Source of the DNA: Thermoproteaceae archaeon
Lineage (GTDB): Archaea > Thermoproteota > Thermoprotei > Thermoproteales > Thermoproteaceae
Direction of reading: 5' to 3'
NCBI GenBank assembly: GCA_020833025.1
Contig: JAJHRB010000001.1
Location: forward strand, 1 to 64,000
Length of the DNA stretch: 64,000 bases
The translations under genes and the position numbers were made by a program. Positions 1-8,819 of the stretch are shown one piece after another (the first letter of the stretch is position 1; each line of letters begins with the position of its first letter). The notes beneath the pieces are model-generated. The model did no database searches, was not told where the DNA came from, and saw only the letters and a list, made by a program, of their open reading frames with translations.

Positions 1-101
1 GCGCCGTGGTGCTGCTGGGGTTAATAAATATTCGAAGCAGCGCTAAGCGCGAGCGGTGCAGAAAAAGAGCGGATTGGGGCCTCGCCGTCTGCAGCAATTC
101 G

Positions 102-560
102 TCAAGGCGCCTCTGCGCTAACATTACGACGAGGGAGGGTGGCTTCAACTCTGGTATCGTTCCACTTGGTCTCTGCCAGGCTCCTCATGTGGGCCGCGGC
201 GTAGTTAGCCACCTTGAGGTCCGATGGCGGGGCTCGGAGGCGCCTATCTGGGCGGTGGGGACCATGTAGATCTTGTCTGCGGCCATGGCTATGAGGGCCC
301 CGGCAGAGGCGGCCTTGACGCCGGGGGGCACGTAGGCGTAGACGGGAGTCTTGGCGTTGAGAAGCATCCTTGTCCATGGGGGCCAGGTAGCCGCCGTAGG
401 TGTCGAGGACCGCCACGAGGGGCGCCCCTGGCCTCGGCGTCGGCCAGGGCCTTCTGCACAAGCGAAACAGCGGTACTGTCTATGGTACCGCCTAGAGTAG
501 ACCGGCGCCGCCGTCTTGTTGGCATATACCAGCGCCACCACCAGCAGAGCAGTACGAACA
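102..560 (-). pseudogene. nfeD: NfeD-family (ClpP-class) membrane serine protease N-terminal fragment, frameshifted
   Basis: Segments in three frames join into an NfeD N-terminus: LGGTIDSTAVSLVQKALADAEARGAP / LVAVLDTYGGYLAPM / YAYVPPGVKAASAGALIAMAADKIYMVPTAQIGASEP / KVANYAAAHMRSLAE. Confidence 0.8.
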
Positions 561-593
561 GCCTCCTGTGCGTCTCTTCTCCGCGGCTTGGGG

Positions 594-2432
594 TCAGCGG
601 AGCCGTGTCGCCGCCGCCTGCCTCAGGTCGGTGGTGTATTTCCAGATCTGGGTCCTGCCCACCAAGTATATGGCGTCTTGTGCGAAGAAGGCTCTATCGG
701 CTGTGGCATTTATGGCGGCCTTTAGGGTGAGTCTGTCGCCTACCTCCACGGCCAGGACGTAGCCAGCCCCGTACCCCACCGCGGGCACCATGGCAAGTCT
801 TAGCCTAGGGCTGTAGGCAAAGGCATGGTGGTCGTAAAAAACGGGGGAGAAGAGGCCGGTGGCGGTTATGTTGGAGGCCTCTCTGGGCTGGGTGGGATTG
901 GAGATGTCGAAGAGGGCTATTTTGAGGCCTCTCTCGTAGGCGCCAACGCCGAGGAGCCTGTCTCCGTCTACGGGGTGGAGGTACTCGGAGAAGCCGGGGG
1001 TTTTAAGGAAGCCGAGTACCCTGGGGCTGGCGGGGTTGGTGAGGTCTACGGCGAAGAGGGGGTCTACCCGTCTGTAGGTGACTAGGTAGAGAGTTTTTCC
1101 GAGGAGTCTCGCGGCGTAGATCCTCTCGCCGAGGGCCAGGCCCTCCAGGGCGCCGGCGATCCCCCCGTCGGGGGCGAGGACGTAGACGGAGTTGCTGGGC
1201 TCGCCTTCTGAGACATACACGGCAGGCGGCGGGGCGGGGGGCGTCGGGGGCAGTATCGTTACCACCGGCTTGCCGTCTTGCGAGATCACTATGGGCAGCG
1301 GCTGTATGATGTGGCGGGGGGCGGTCCTGAACTTGACGGAGGTGACCGTCGTGGCGAGGACGAGGTGACCGTCTAGCTCCTCCATGGCGAACTGGTCGAG
1401 GAGCCTGCCGGGGACCTCCGCGACGGCCCTGAGCCTTATGTTCGGGCCGTCGAGGTCGAAGACGTAGATGTTTGTGGCGGTGGTGAGGTTAGCGGTGTTT
1501 AGCGCCTCAATCAACTTGTCCGCATCTCCTCTCTCCTTGAGGAGCTGCTGGAGAGACTTATAGAGCGTGAGGGGGTTGGTGAGGTTGAGCTTGGTCTTTA
1601 CGTCTGGCAGCAGCCTGTCCCAGGCCTTGGCCGCGGCTTTGTACAGCAGCTGGGGGGTGCCTTGGGTCGCCGCGACGTAGAGCCTGCCGTCTTTCATGTA
1701 GACGCGGGAGGCGGGGCCCGAGACGAAGACGGAGGCGTTGAATCTGTCATTTTTCATGTCGACGGCGGCGACCACCATGGCAATTGGCGGCGTGTCTAGA
1801 GAGAGCAGGGGCGCCTCGGCGACCTTGACGCCGTTTATGGCAACGTCGCTGGGGGGCGCCGTGGCCACGATGTATACGAAGCCGTCTGCCATGCGGGCAG
1901 CCACGGGGAGGACCCCGGAGAAGTTGAACTCGGCGGTTTTGGTAAGGGCAGGCAGGCGGTAGAGATACGCCATGATGAGGCCGAACTCCCTTATGCCGTA
2001 TGCCAGGAGGCGGTCGCCCCACACGAACACGACGCAGTAATGCGCGGGGCACGGGGCGGAGGCCTTGACGGCGAGGTCGGGCCCCACCACGTAGACCCTG
2101 CCGTCCACCGCCACGTAGAGGTTCTCGCCGTCGAACTTCACGTAGTCCTCCTCGTCGACGCCGGTCACCTGCAGGTTTGCCGCCGCGGCGGCTCTTCCCG
2201 TTTGTGCCACGCTTGCCGAGAGCGGCTGTACGGAGAAGGGGGTAGCCGCCGGAACCGCGTATAGGGGATACGTCGGGGACAGAGACTCCAGCTCCGAGAG
2301 CTTGACCACGGGGAGGGTTGGGCTCCGCGCGGCGGGGGGCTGGGTGGCGTTTTGCTGGGTTTGGGGCGCGACGTTGAGCAGGAGGAGGAGCGCCAGCGAG
2401 GCCAGCGCCGCGGCGGCTATTTCACGTTTCAT
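594..2432 (-). CDS. Secreted beta-propeller domain protein (Beta_propel/COG4880-like)
   Basis: Signal peptide, NLQVTGVDEEDYVKFDG, LLDQFAMEE, IYAARLLG..YLVTYRRVDPLFAVDL and GFLKTPGFSEYLHP motifs. Confidence 0.85.
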   Translation of the reverse strand: MKREIAAAALASLALLLLLNVAPQTQQNATQPPAARSPTLPVVKLSELESLSPTYPLYAVPAATPFSVQPLSASVAQTGRAAAAANLQVTGVDEEDYVKFDGENLYVAVDGRVYVVGPDLAVKASAPCPAHYCVVFVWGDRLLAYGIREFGLIMAYLYRLPALTKTAEFNFSGVLPVAARMADGFVYIVATAPPSDVAINGVKVAEAPLLSLDTPPIAMVVAAVDMKNDRFNASVFVSGPASRVYMKDGRLYVAATQGTPQLLYKAAAKAWDRLLPDVKTKLNLTNPLTLYKSLQQLLKERGDADKLIEALNTANLTTATNIYVFDLDGPNIRLRAVAEVPGRLLDQFAMEELDGHLVLATTVTSVKFRTAPRHIIQPLPIVISQDGKPVVTILPPTPPAPPPAVYVSEGEPSNSVYVLAPDGGIAGALEGLALGERIYAARLLGKTLYLVTYRRVDPLFAVDLTNPASPRVLGFLKTPGFSEYLHPVDGDRLLGVGAYERGLKIALFDISNPTQPREASNITATGLFSPVFYDHHAFAYSPRLRLAMVPAVGYGAGYVLAVEVGDRLTLKAAINATADRAFFAQDAIYLVGRTQIWKYTTDLRQAAATRLR

Positions 2433-3139
2433 GTGCGTCGGCTGTGGGCCGCGTTAAAAAGTTGATATACCAGAGTACATTGGGGCTTCTGCGCGCGGCG
2501 TCGCCGTAGCAACGCGGCAACAGCGGCAAGGGCCGTCGCAACGGCAGCGGCCGCGAGGAGGGGGGCCGCGGTGTGGACCTCGGCGTGGAGGCTGGGCGTC
2601 ATGGGGGTCTCTGCTATTTTCCGCTCGATGAGGGTTACCGCCACGCCGGGGCCCGCCGCCTCGATGCCTATGGTGGGGGCGGCGTAGAAGGTGATGTTGA
2701 GCTTGGCGGGGCCGCGGGTTTTAAGCCGCGCGGCGCAGGGCACGTCGGTTTTGAGCTGGGAGGGCTCAGCGCCGTCTGCCCTCACCTCCGCCGTTATCTT
2801 GACCGCGGCGTGTACCCTGAGCTTTACGCCCGGCGCAACCTCCAGCTCCGCTCTGTAGACCTCGCCGGGATTGAGAGGAATCTGGTGCCGCCAGGTCCTG
2901 CTGCCTGTGCCGGGGAGGGTCAGCTGTATGGTGAGGTTTCCGCGGGCGGCGCGGCATCGGAGCTCCACCTCCTCGCCGGGTAGGAGAACCCAGGTCTTGT
3001 CGGTGGCGGCCTCCGCCTCTGCGGCGTATATCGCCGTTATGTTTATGCCGGCCACGGAGAGCTTCCACGTCGCGGCGACCGACGCAGCTTGGGCCAGGGC
3101 GGCCGTGAGAAAGAGAAGGAAAAGGGGCGGGGTCACCAT
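2429..3139 (-). CDS. Hypothetical secreted protein with C-terminal membrane anchor
   Basis: N-terminal hydrophobic signal, beta-rich core, C-terminal hydrophobic helix followed by RRRR. Stop overlaps the start of the beta-propeller gene. Confidence 0.7.
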   Translation of the reverse strand: MVTPPLFLLFLTAALAQAASVAATWKLSVAGINITAIYAAEAEAATDKTWVLLPGEEVELRCRAARGNLTIQLTLPGTGSRTWRHQIPLNPGEVYRAELEVAPGVKLRVHAAVKITAEVRADGAEPSQLKTDVPCAARLKTRGPAKLNITFYAAPTIGIEAAGPGVAVTLIERKIAETPMTPSLHAEVHTAAPLLAAAAVATALAAVAALLRRRRAQKPQCTLVYQLFNAAHSRRT

Positions 3140-3158
3140 GTTTAAATCCAGTATTTAT

Positions 3159-4159
3159 TGGTATTTTGCGAAGAACCCGGTTGAGGTTCTGCGGGAGAGG
3201 AAGTTCGAATCTCTCGAGGTTGCGGATGCCTCTCGCCATAATTGCAGAGCTAGACGCCATTGGTCTCTACCTCCAGCTTGCTAAATGCGTCGAGGACGAA
3301 TGAGTGAGGAGAGTGTTCTGAAGATGTGGCAAGGAGGAGAAGACGCATTTCGGCGGGTTCCTCGCCTTGCTTAAGGCGTACGACTCGGCTCTTGTGGCTG
3401 AGCTGAAGGCGGGAGCGGAGGAGGTGGAAGAGAAAGTTCGGGGTGAAGAGCGGCGACCAGCCTGCTGCGGACGACCGGACCGGGGCGTGGTTGCTACTGT
3501 AAAGGAGGTCTAGGAGGTTCAGGGGGCATCTCGCCGTGTATCATGTGGGGGCTGGGGTGTCGGCTGTGGCGGTGGGCGACGCCGTGGTGCCTCTGTGGGA
3601 GCTTTCGGTGAGGTTTTCCGTCCCGTATAGACGCGTGGAGAAGGTTGCGAGGAGCAGCGGAGTTTTTGCCGAAGCCGCGCCCGCCGCGGCGAAGCTGGCG
3701 GCCAATGGAGGACTCGGCAGTTGCGGAGGTTCTGCTCGGCGGCGGAAGGGCTGTTAGGGCCTCTGGCTGGGATGTGCTGGGATCCGCCGTGGCTGGAGCG
3801 GTCAAGGTCATGGCGGAGCTGTACCGCGCCTACGCGCCCGAGCCGTATATGCTGTTTGTGAGCCCCGGCAGATATGCAAAGCTCGTTGCGGTTGAGGAGA
3901 GGGCCGGCGTAATGGAGCTGACGCGGGGTAGTCCCTTGATTAAGGACGTGGTCGTCGCGCCGCAGTTGCTTGACGACGCGGCCTGCTCATGCCCACAAGC
4001 CCCCGCCGTGATGGATCTGGCGGCGGGCGTGAACTCCGGTGACGTATTTAGGCCCCAACGAGGCTGGGCGCAACTTCCTGTTCCGCGAGACCCTCGCCGT
4101 GAGGCTGAAGAATCCCGAAGGCGTCTGTTGTCCTCAGGCAGCAGCCCCGTTTCTGCTAA
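3159..4159 (+). pseudogene. Encapsulated ferritin-like domain fused to family 1 encapsulin (linocin M18/HK97 fold), multiply frameshifted
   Basis: Joined frames read FAKNP..EVADA-AIIAELDAIGLYLQLAKCVEDE*VRRVF-DVAR-EEKTHFGGFLALLKAYD..ELKAGAEEVEE (EncFtn). Shell segments follow: VPLWELSVRFSVPY, LFVSPGRYAKL, VTYLGPNEAGRNFLFRETLAVRLKNPEGV. Confidence 0.8.
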
Positions 4160-4295
4160 CGGCGCCGCCGCATATCCACGGCATTCAGCGGCGCCTCCAG
4201 AGGCCGGAGACAGAGCTCGAGGGCCGTGGCGGCGGTCCGCGTCGGGACTTCCGGCAAGCGCCGGAGCGGACAAATACCTCCCTTCAGATAGTGAC

Positions 4296-4766
4296 GTGGA
4301 GGAGATCGTCAGGAGACTACGGGAGAGGGGTATCGACGTGGAGGACGTGCTGATCGCCGCTCTGGCCAAGCAGGATCCCCAGGAGAGCGTAAGGCTGAGG
4401 ATCTCTCTTGCCGAGAGGTATATGGCCGAATGCGAAGAGTACTTGAAGGAGGGAGACCCCGTCCAAGCCTCGGAGAAGGCCTACAAGGTTGCTGAGGAGG
4501 TGGTCAAGGCCCTTGCCGAGAAGTTCGGCATTCCGGAGTTCCAGATGGCCTTGAAGGAGGGGAGGTGGTACACCTATCTTTTGGGCAAGGCGTCTAACAC
4601 CCTGGCGCGCATGTTAGGCGGCTGGATCGCCGACGGGTGGAGCAACGCCTACTTCCTCCACGTGTGGGGATTCCACGAGGCGAAGCTGGCCGTTGAGGAC
4701 ATGACGTCCTACGTGAATAGGGTGAAGGAGATGCTGAACGAGGCCAAGAAAGTCCTGGCGGCCTGA
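4296..4766 (+). CDS. PaREP1 family protein (HEPN-like)
   Basis: RGIDVEDVL..GDPVQASEKAYKVAEEVVKALA..GRW..AYFLHVWGFHEAKL is the PaREP1 signature. A GTG start at 4296 is inferred. Confidence 0.85.
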   Translation: MEEIVRRLRERGIDVEDVLIAALAKQDPQESVRLRISLAERYMAECEEYLKEGDPVQASEKAYKVAEEVVKALAEKFGIPEFQMALKEGRWYTYLLGKASNTLARMLGGWIADGWSNAYFLHVWGFHEAKLAVEDMTSYVNRVKEMLNEAKKVLAA

Positions 4767-4829
4767 GGTGAAGCTACGCCGATCCGGGCGACCGAACCGC
4801 CACCGGCTCCTTCACGCCCTGCCTCCTGG

Positions 4830-5149
4830 TCTATCTGCCCCAGTACCCCGTGCGCGCCGTCTCGCCGACTGTGTTGAGCGTGTCTTGGTCGCCCGGATAC
4901 CTCGTCAGCATACGCTCGGCGTTGTCTGTGCACGTAAACGGCGTGCCGATGCGGAACCTCCGTGAGGATTGAGACGCACAGCTATGTATACGGAAAAATG
5001 GGACTATGTTCGTGCCCGGCACGTCCAACGTATCGCTGGACGTCAACGCCCTGACGGCGCTGGCGGTGAGCTGGTCGCTGGGATATCTAGTCTCCGTGGC
5101 GGCTGCCATGCCGGTTTACGTGAACGGCACGCTGACGTGGAGCTATGCT
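4830..5149 (+). pseudogene. Remnant of a surface protein with two tandem beta-repeat units
   Basis: One frame from 4871 reads VLSVSWSPGYLVSIRSALSVHVNG, then TGA at 4970, then ALAVSWSLGYLVSVAAAMPVYVNGT. It is truncated at the IS-like end. Confidence 0.45.
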
Positions 5150-5944
5150 CCCTTCAACCCCCTCCGCCCCCCGGGACAGGAGTTCCCGGAAGGCCTATCG
5201 GCGGTGCAAATTGCATCCCGCGCGCCTGACCCGTCCGCCGTGCAGCTCGTGCATTTTCGCGCCGCACTCCGAGCACGCCGTGCTGTATAGCCTTGCCTCG
5301 ATGTACGGCACCCCGTGCCACTCTGCCAGCTCCTTAATCAGTCTCCTTAACCTGCTAAAGTCCAGCAGCGCCTCCCTCCCGGCGGGATGGCCTCCGCTCT
5401 CCTTCAGCTCCCTCATCGAGCTGTCGTCCGGCACGTCGAGGACGATAGCCGCCTTATACTGCAGCGCCAGCCAGACGGTAAGCTCCGCTTTGTTTTTCAC
5501 CCACTCGCGGAGCAGGCGGTAGAGCCTGCTATTGGCAGCCCTTGCCTTCTCGCAAAATATATGCCTCCCTTTTTCGCGCACATTGCGTCGAGCCTGCCTA
5601 TCTCGCGCCGCAGCCTCGCGATCTTCGAAACGCCCGGTCCCAAGATGCCGTTGTGGAGGGCGTCAAGATCGGCGGCGAGAAGCCTCCCCGCAGCTTGCAT
5701 CCCTCTCGCCGCCCGGCCTTAGCTGCGCGCCGGGCACGAGCGGCGGCCTCGTGCCGCGCTTTGTGGCGCGCACCCTCAGCCACTCCAGCGCCCCCATGCG
5801 TGCGCGAACTTCTGTGCGAGGCGCCTCAGCGGGCTGCGCCCCGGCAGCGGCACTCTGCCGTTGCTCTTGGCTGCAGTGGGCGAGAAGTTTTCGAGAACTC
5901 CACGCGCTTCCGGGACCCAGAGAGCAGCGGGAGTTGAAAGGGGG
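5150..5944 (-). mobile_element. tnpB: Degenerate IS200/IS605-type TnpB-like remnant
   Basis: Frameshifted pieces: GRSPLRRLAQKFAHAWGALEWLR, LLAADLDALHNG, AAIVLDVP and LRRLIKELAEWHGVPYIEARLYSTACSECGAKM (C-terminal Zn ribbon). Confidence 0.7.
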
Positions 5945-5977
5945 TGTGAGTGAGCGTCAGGGGATGCGAATTCTGAC

Positions 5978-6163
5978 TTACTCGCCGAAATCCTCTATGT
6001 CTCCCCTGAACTCCTCCAGCGTGACGGCGCCGTTTCTCAGTCTCACAATGTATCTCATTCCACAATTGGGGCAGCTTGTGATTTCGCCGTCCAGGACATC
6101 GTTGGGCACCTCAAAGCTGGAGCCGCACGCACTGCACTGGACGCTGACGCCCCTTGAGGCCAT
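5978..6163 (-). CDS. lysW: LysW amino-group carrier protein
   Basis: CxxC..CxxC zinc ribbon and acidic C-terminus DIEDFGE. TTTAAAT box lies upstream of ATG 6163. Confidence 0.9.
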   Translation of the reverse strand: MASRGVSVQCSACGSSFEVPNDVLDGEITSCPNCGMRYIVRLRNGAVTLEEFRGDIEDFGE

Positions 6164-6221
6164 AGGCCACGCCTCGTGCCGTATATTTAAAAATTTTGCC
6201 TGCAACAAGCAGTAGTGCCGG

Positions 6222-7004
6222 CTACCCGCTGATAATGTGCGTGCCAGAGCCGGCGATAGCGGCATCTATTGGATTCTCGACGAGCCCGCTGGATATCGTT
6301 ACCTCCACGCCGAGTCTGGCCGCCTCTGCGGCCACCAGAAGCTTTCTTTTCATGCCGCCTCTCACCTCCTCGCTCCTGGAGAGCTCCTCGGCCTCTCGCG
6401 CCGTGAGGCGCGCTACTACCCTGCCCCCGATTATAATCCCGTCGACGTCACTAAGGATCACGAGCCTCTCTGCTCTCAGGCTCTTCGCGATCTCGAGCGC
6501 GAGCTGGTCTCCATCGACGTTCAAAAGCTCTCCCCTGTCAGACACGGCAACCGGCGCCAGGACCTTCAGGGGAGGCGGCGCCAGCTTGGCCGCATCGACG
6601 TGAAGTATGCGGCCGGAATAGCCCCCATCGACTACCCTCTGCCTTCCTCTCTCGTCAATGATAATAACTCTCTCCTTCCGCCTCGCGCGGACGACCCCCA
6701 TGTCAGCCCCAGAGAGGCCCAGTGCGTCAACTCCCATTGCGTGGAGCGAGGCGACTAGCTGCTTGTTTATCCACATCATTGCCATTAAGAAGGCTCTCAG
6801 CGACTCTAGGTCAGTATAGCGGCTAGTGACGCCGCCCGGGTGGGTGAGGTACTTCGGCTCAATGCCCATCCTTCTCATCACCTTGTTGACCAAACAGCCG
6901 CCGCCGTGGACCACTACGGCCGAGCTGGCATGCTTAGGGAGGTTTCTCACGACGCTAGACACGTCCTTGCAGATAACCGAGCCGCCAATCTTGATTACCA
7001 TCAT
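6222..7004 (-). CDS. lysZ: [LysW]-aminoadipate/glutamate kinase
   Basis: [26 protein letters not shown] and GGMKRKL motifs; lies next to lysW and lysY. Confidence 0.9.
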   Translation of the reverse strand: MMVIKIGGSVICKDVSSVVRNLPKHASSAVVVHGGGCLVNKVMRRMGIEPKYLTHPGGVTSRYTDLESLRAFLMAMMWINKQLVASLHAMGVDALGLSGADMGVVRARRKERVIIIDERGRQRVVDGGYSGRILHVDAAKLAPPPLKVLAPVAVSDRGELLNVDGDQLALEIAKSLRAERLVILSDVDGIIIGGRVVARLTAREAEELSRSEEVRGGMKRKLLVAAEAARLGVEVTISSGLVENPIDAAIAGSGTHIISG

Positions 7005-8065
7005 AGCGGCGCCACAGGTATCTGACTGAGACCCTCGCCCTCGGGAAAGCCCATCACTATGTTAAATGCTTGCACTGCCTGTCCCGCGGCGCCACGCACC
7101 AAGTTGTCAATTGCCGCGAATGTTATTACTCTGCTCGTGCGCGGGTCGAGCTCGAATCCAACGTCCGCGACGTTTGTCCCCAGTACGTACTTGACGTTAG
7201 GGTAGTGCGACAGACCGAGCCTGTCCCTCACTACTCTAACGAACTTGGCGTTGCCGTAAAGCGCCCTGTAGTATTTCCACATGTCGACCTCCGAGGGCAG
7301 TTTATCGACGAAAACGTGGCCTGTCGTGAATATCCCGCGTACCAGGTCTACCGCGTGCGGCGTGAACGCAACTCTCACCTTCCTGCCTGCGAGCAAGCTG
7401 AGCTCTTGCTCTATCTCGGCGATATGGCGGTGGCGGGCGGGTTCGTAGGGTCTCACGACGTACGTTCTGTAGCTGTGCAGGTCCACCACGGACCCCTCGG
7501 CGCCCGCCCCGCTTGAGCCTATCTTCGCGTCAATGACTGGCGGCACGGCGCCTATCAGCCCGAACTTCGCCAGCGGCGCGAGCATCAGCACCGACGCCGT
7601 GGCCATGCAGCCGGGCACTGCAATGAGTCTTGCATTGACGAGCTCGTCTCTGTGCAGCTCCGGCAGGCCGTACACGGCTCTCTCGAGGAGGTCCGGGTAC
7701 GGGTGCGGGCCCGGCCACCCGTACCACTCCACGTACGCGTTCGGGTCCTTCAGCCTGAAGTCGGCGCTGAGGTCCACCACCGTGATGCCTGACTCGTAGA
7801 GCTTGGGGGTCCACTTGACAGACTCGCCGTGTGGCAGCGCCAGAAAGGCGGCGTCTGCCTTCAGCGCGGCGTCTAGCGAGGGCTCCACAAACCTCAGCTG
7901 GGTGAAGCCGCGCAAATTTGGGTGCACCCTGTAGACGTACTCGCCCTTAAACCTTCTCGACGTAGCGCACACTACCTCAACGCCGCTGTGCTGCAGTAAT
8001 ACCCTAAGCAGCTCGCCTCCCACGAATCCCGACGCTCCTATAATGCAGACCTTGACGACCTTCAT
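7001..8065 (-). CDS. lysY: [LysW]-aminoadipate/glutamate-phosphate reductase
   Basis: [38 protein letters not shown] and [14 protein letters not shown] (ArgC/LysY). Confidence 0.95.
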   Translation of the reverse strand: MKVVKVCIIGASGFVGGELLRVLLQHSGVEVVCATSRRFKGEYVYRVHPNLRGFTQLRFVEPSLDAALKADAAFLALPHGESVKWTPKLYESGITVVDLSADFRLKDPNAYVEWYGWPGPHPYPDLLERAVYGLPELHRDELVNARLIAVPGCMATASVLMLAPLAKFGLIGAVPPVIDAKIGSSGAGAEGSVVDLHSYRTYVVRPYEPARHRHIAEIEQELSLLAGRKVRVAFTPHAVDLVRGIFTTGHVFVDKLPSEVDMWKYYRALYGNAKFVRVVRDRLGLSHYPNVKYVLGTNVADVGFELDPRTSRVITFAAIDNLVRGAAGQAVQAFNIVMGFPEGEGLSQIPVAPL

Positions 8066-8735
8066 ACTAGCCCTGCGATGAGTTCTGCCTCCTCTCTACT
8101 CTCAACCGGCGGCACGGGGTCGATATCTATTACACGCATATCGCCATTGTAATCCCCTAGCGTCACTCTCGCGTAGAGGAGGCCCAGGTGCGAGAGCGCG
8201 TCCGCGACGAGCCCCCTGGCGCTATTGATCGTTGCGAAGACCGACAGCATTCTGCTTGGTCTCGGCGCGATGACTGTCACTCTCGCGAGGGGATTGCGCA
8301 TGTAAGCGCGATGCTCGAGCACGCTTTTCGCGCCCTCCATGCTTGTCACCGGACCGTCTAAGTTCAGCCTCCACGCAGTCAGCAACAGCCACGGCCCCCT
8401 CATATCGACCTTTTCGAGCGAGGCGTCTGCGCATACAACCGCATACGGCGGGCCGAACTTCGGGAGCCAGCTCAGCCTGTTGACGGCCAGTAGAGATGCC
8501 ACTGGCGGGTTTATGCTGCGCTTTGCCAGAAGCCCGTAAGCCGCTGCCACGTACGGGTTCCTGATCCTCACTACTGCCGTGCCCGGAATGCTTCTGACGG
8601 GCATCTCTGTCACGTTCAGCGTCACTGCCCTGAGGCCCCTCCGCGCCAGCGACTCAACTATGAGCCGGTCGGAAACAGTCGGGGTGTCTGTGATGATATA
8701 TACTGCATCGTCGCCGCCCGTGGCCCCTGATTCAT
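8062..8735 (-). CDS. Degenerate LysX/ArgX-like ATP-grasp protein; 5' end out of frame
   Basis: Weak LysX similarity (SINPP..AVNRLS, SVLEHRAYM, VIDIDP in place of the VNEVN motif) and operon context. ATG 8735 follows a TATA box but needs one extra G at 8724-8727. Confidence 0.55.
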
Positions 8736-8819
8736 GGCGGGTCGAGGAGGCGCGCTTTATATAGGTTGTGCTATTGGCTTAGCGCGGCAAGTTTAAAAAA
8801 GACGGGGACCTAAAACATT
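8736..8819. promoter_or_regulatory. Divergent promoter region for the lysX-like operon and thrC
   Basis: TATATAAAG on the minus strand and TTTAAAAAA (8791-8799) on the plus strand, each 19 nt before an ATG. Confidence 0.6.

Noticed and set aside
3203-3211. GTTCGAATC, tRNA T-loop-like
   Set aside because: No T-stem or cloverleaf; it lies inside the EncFtn coding remnant.
3645-4766. 373-aa ORF that looks like an encapsulin-PaREP1 fusion
   Set aside because: The encapsulin part drifts between frames and the linker is low-complexity read-through. It is better explained as a pseudogene plus a separate PaREP1 gene from GTG 4296.
8689-8730. GTGATGA ... CTGA pair resembling a C/D sRNA
   Set aside because: Only about 42 nt, no D'/C' boxes, and antisense within a coding region.
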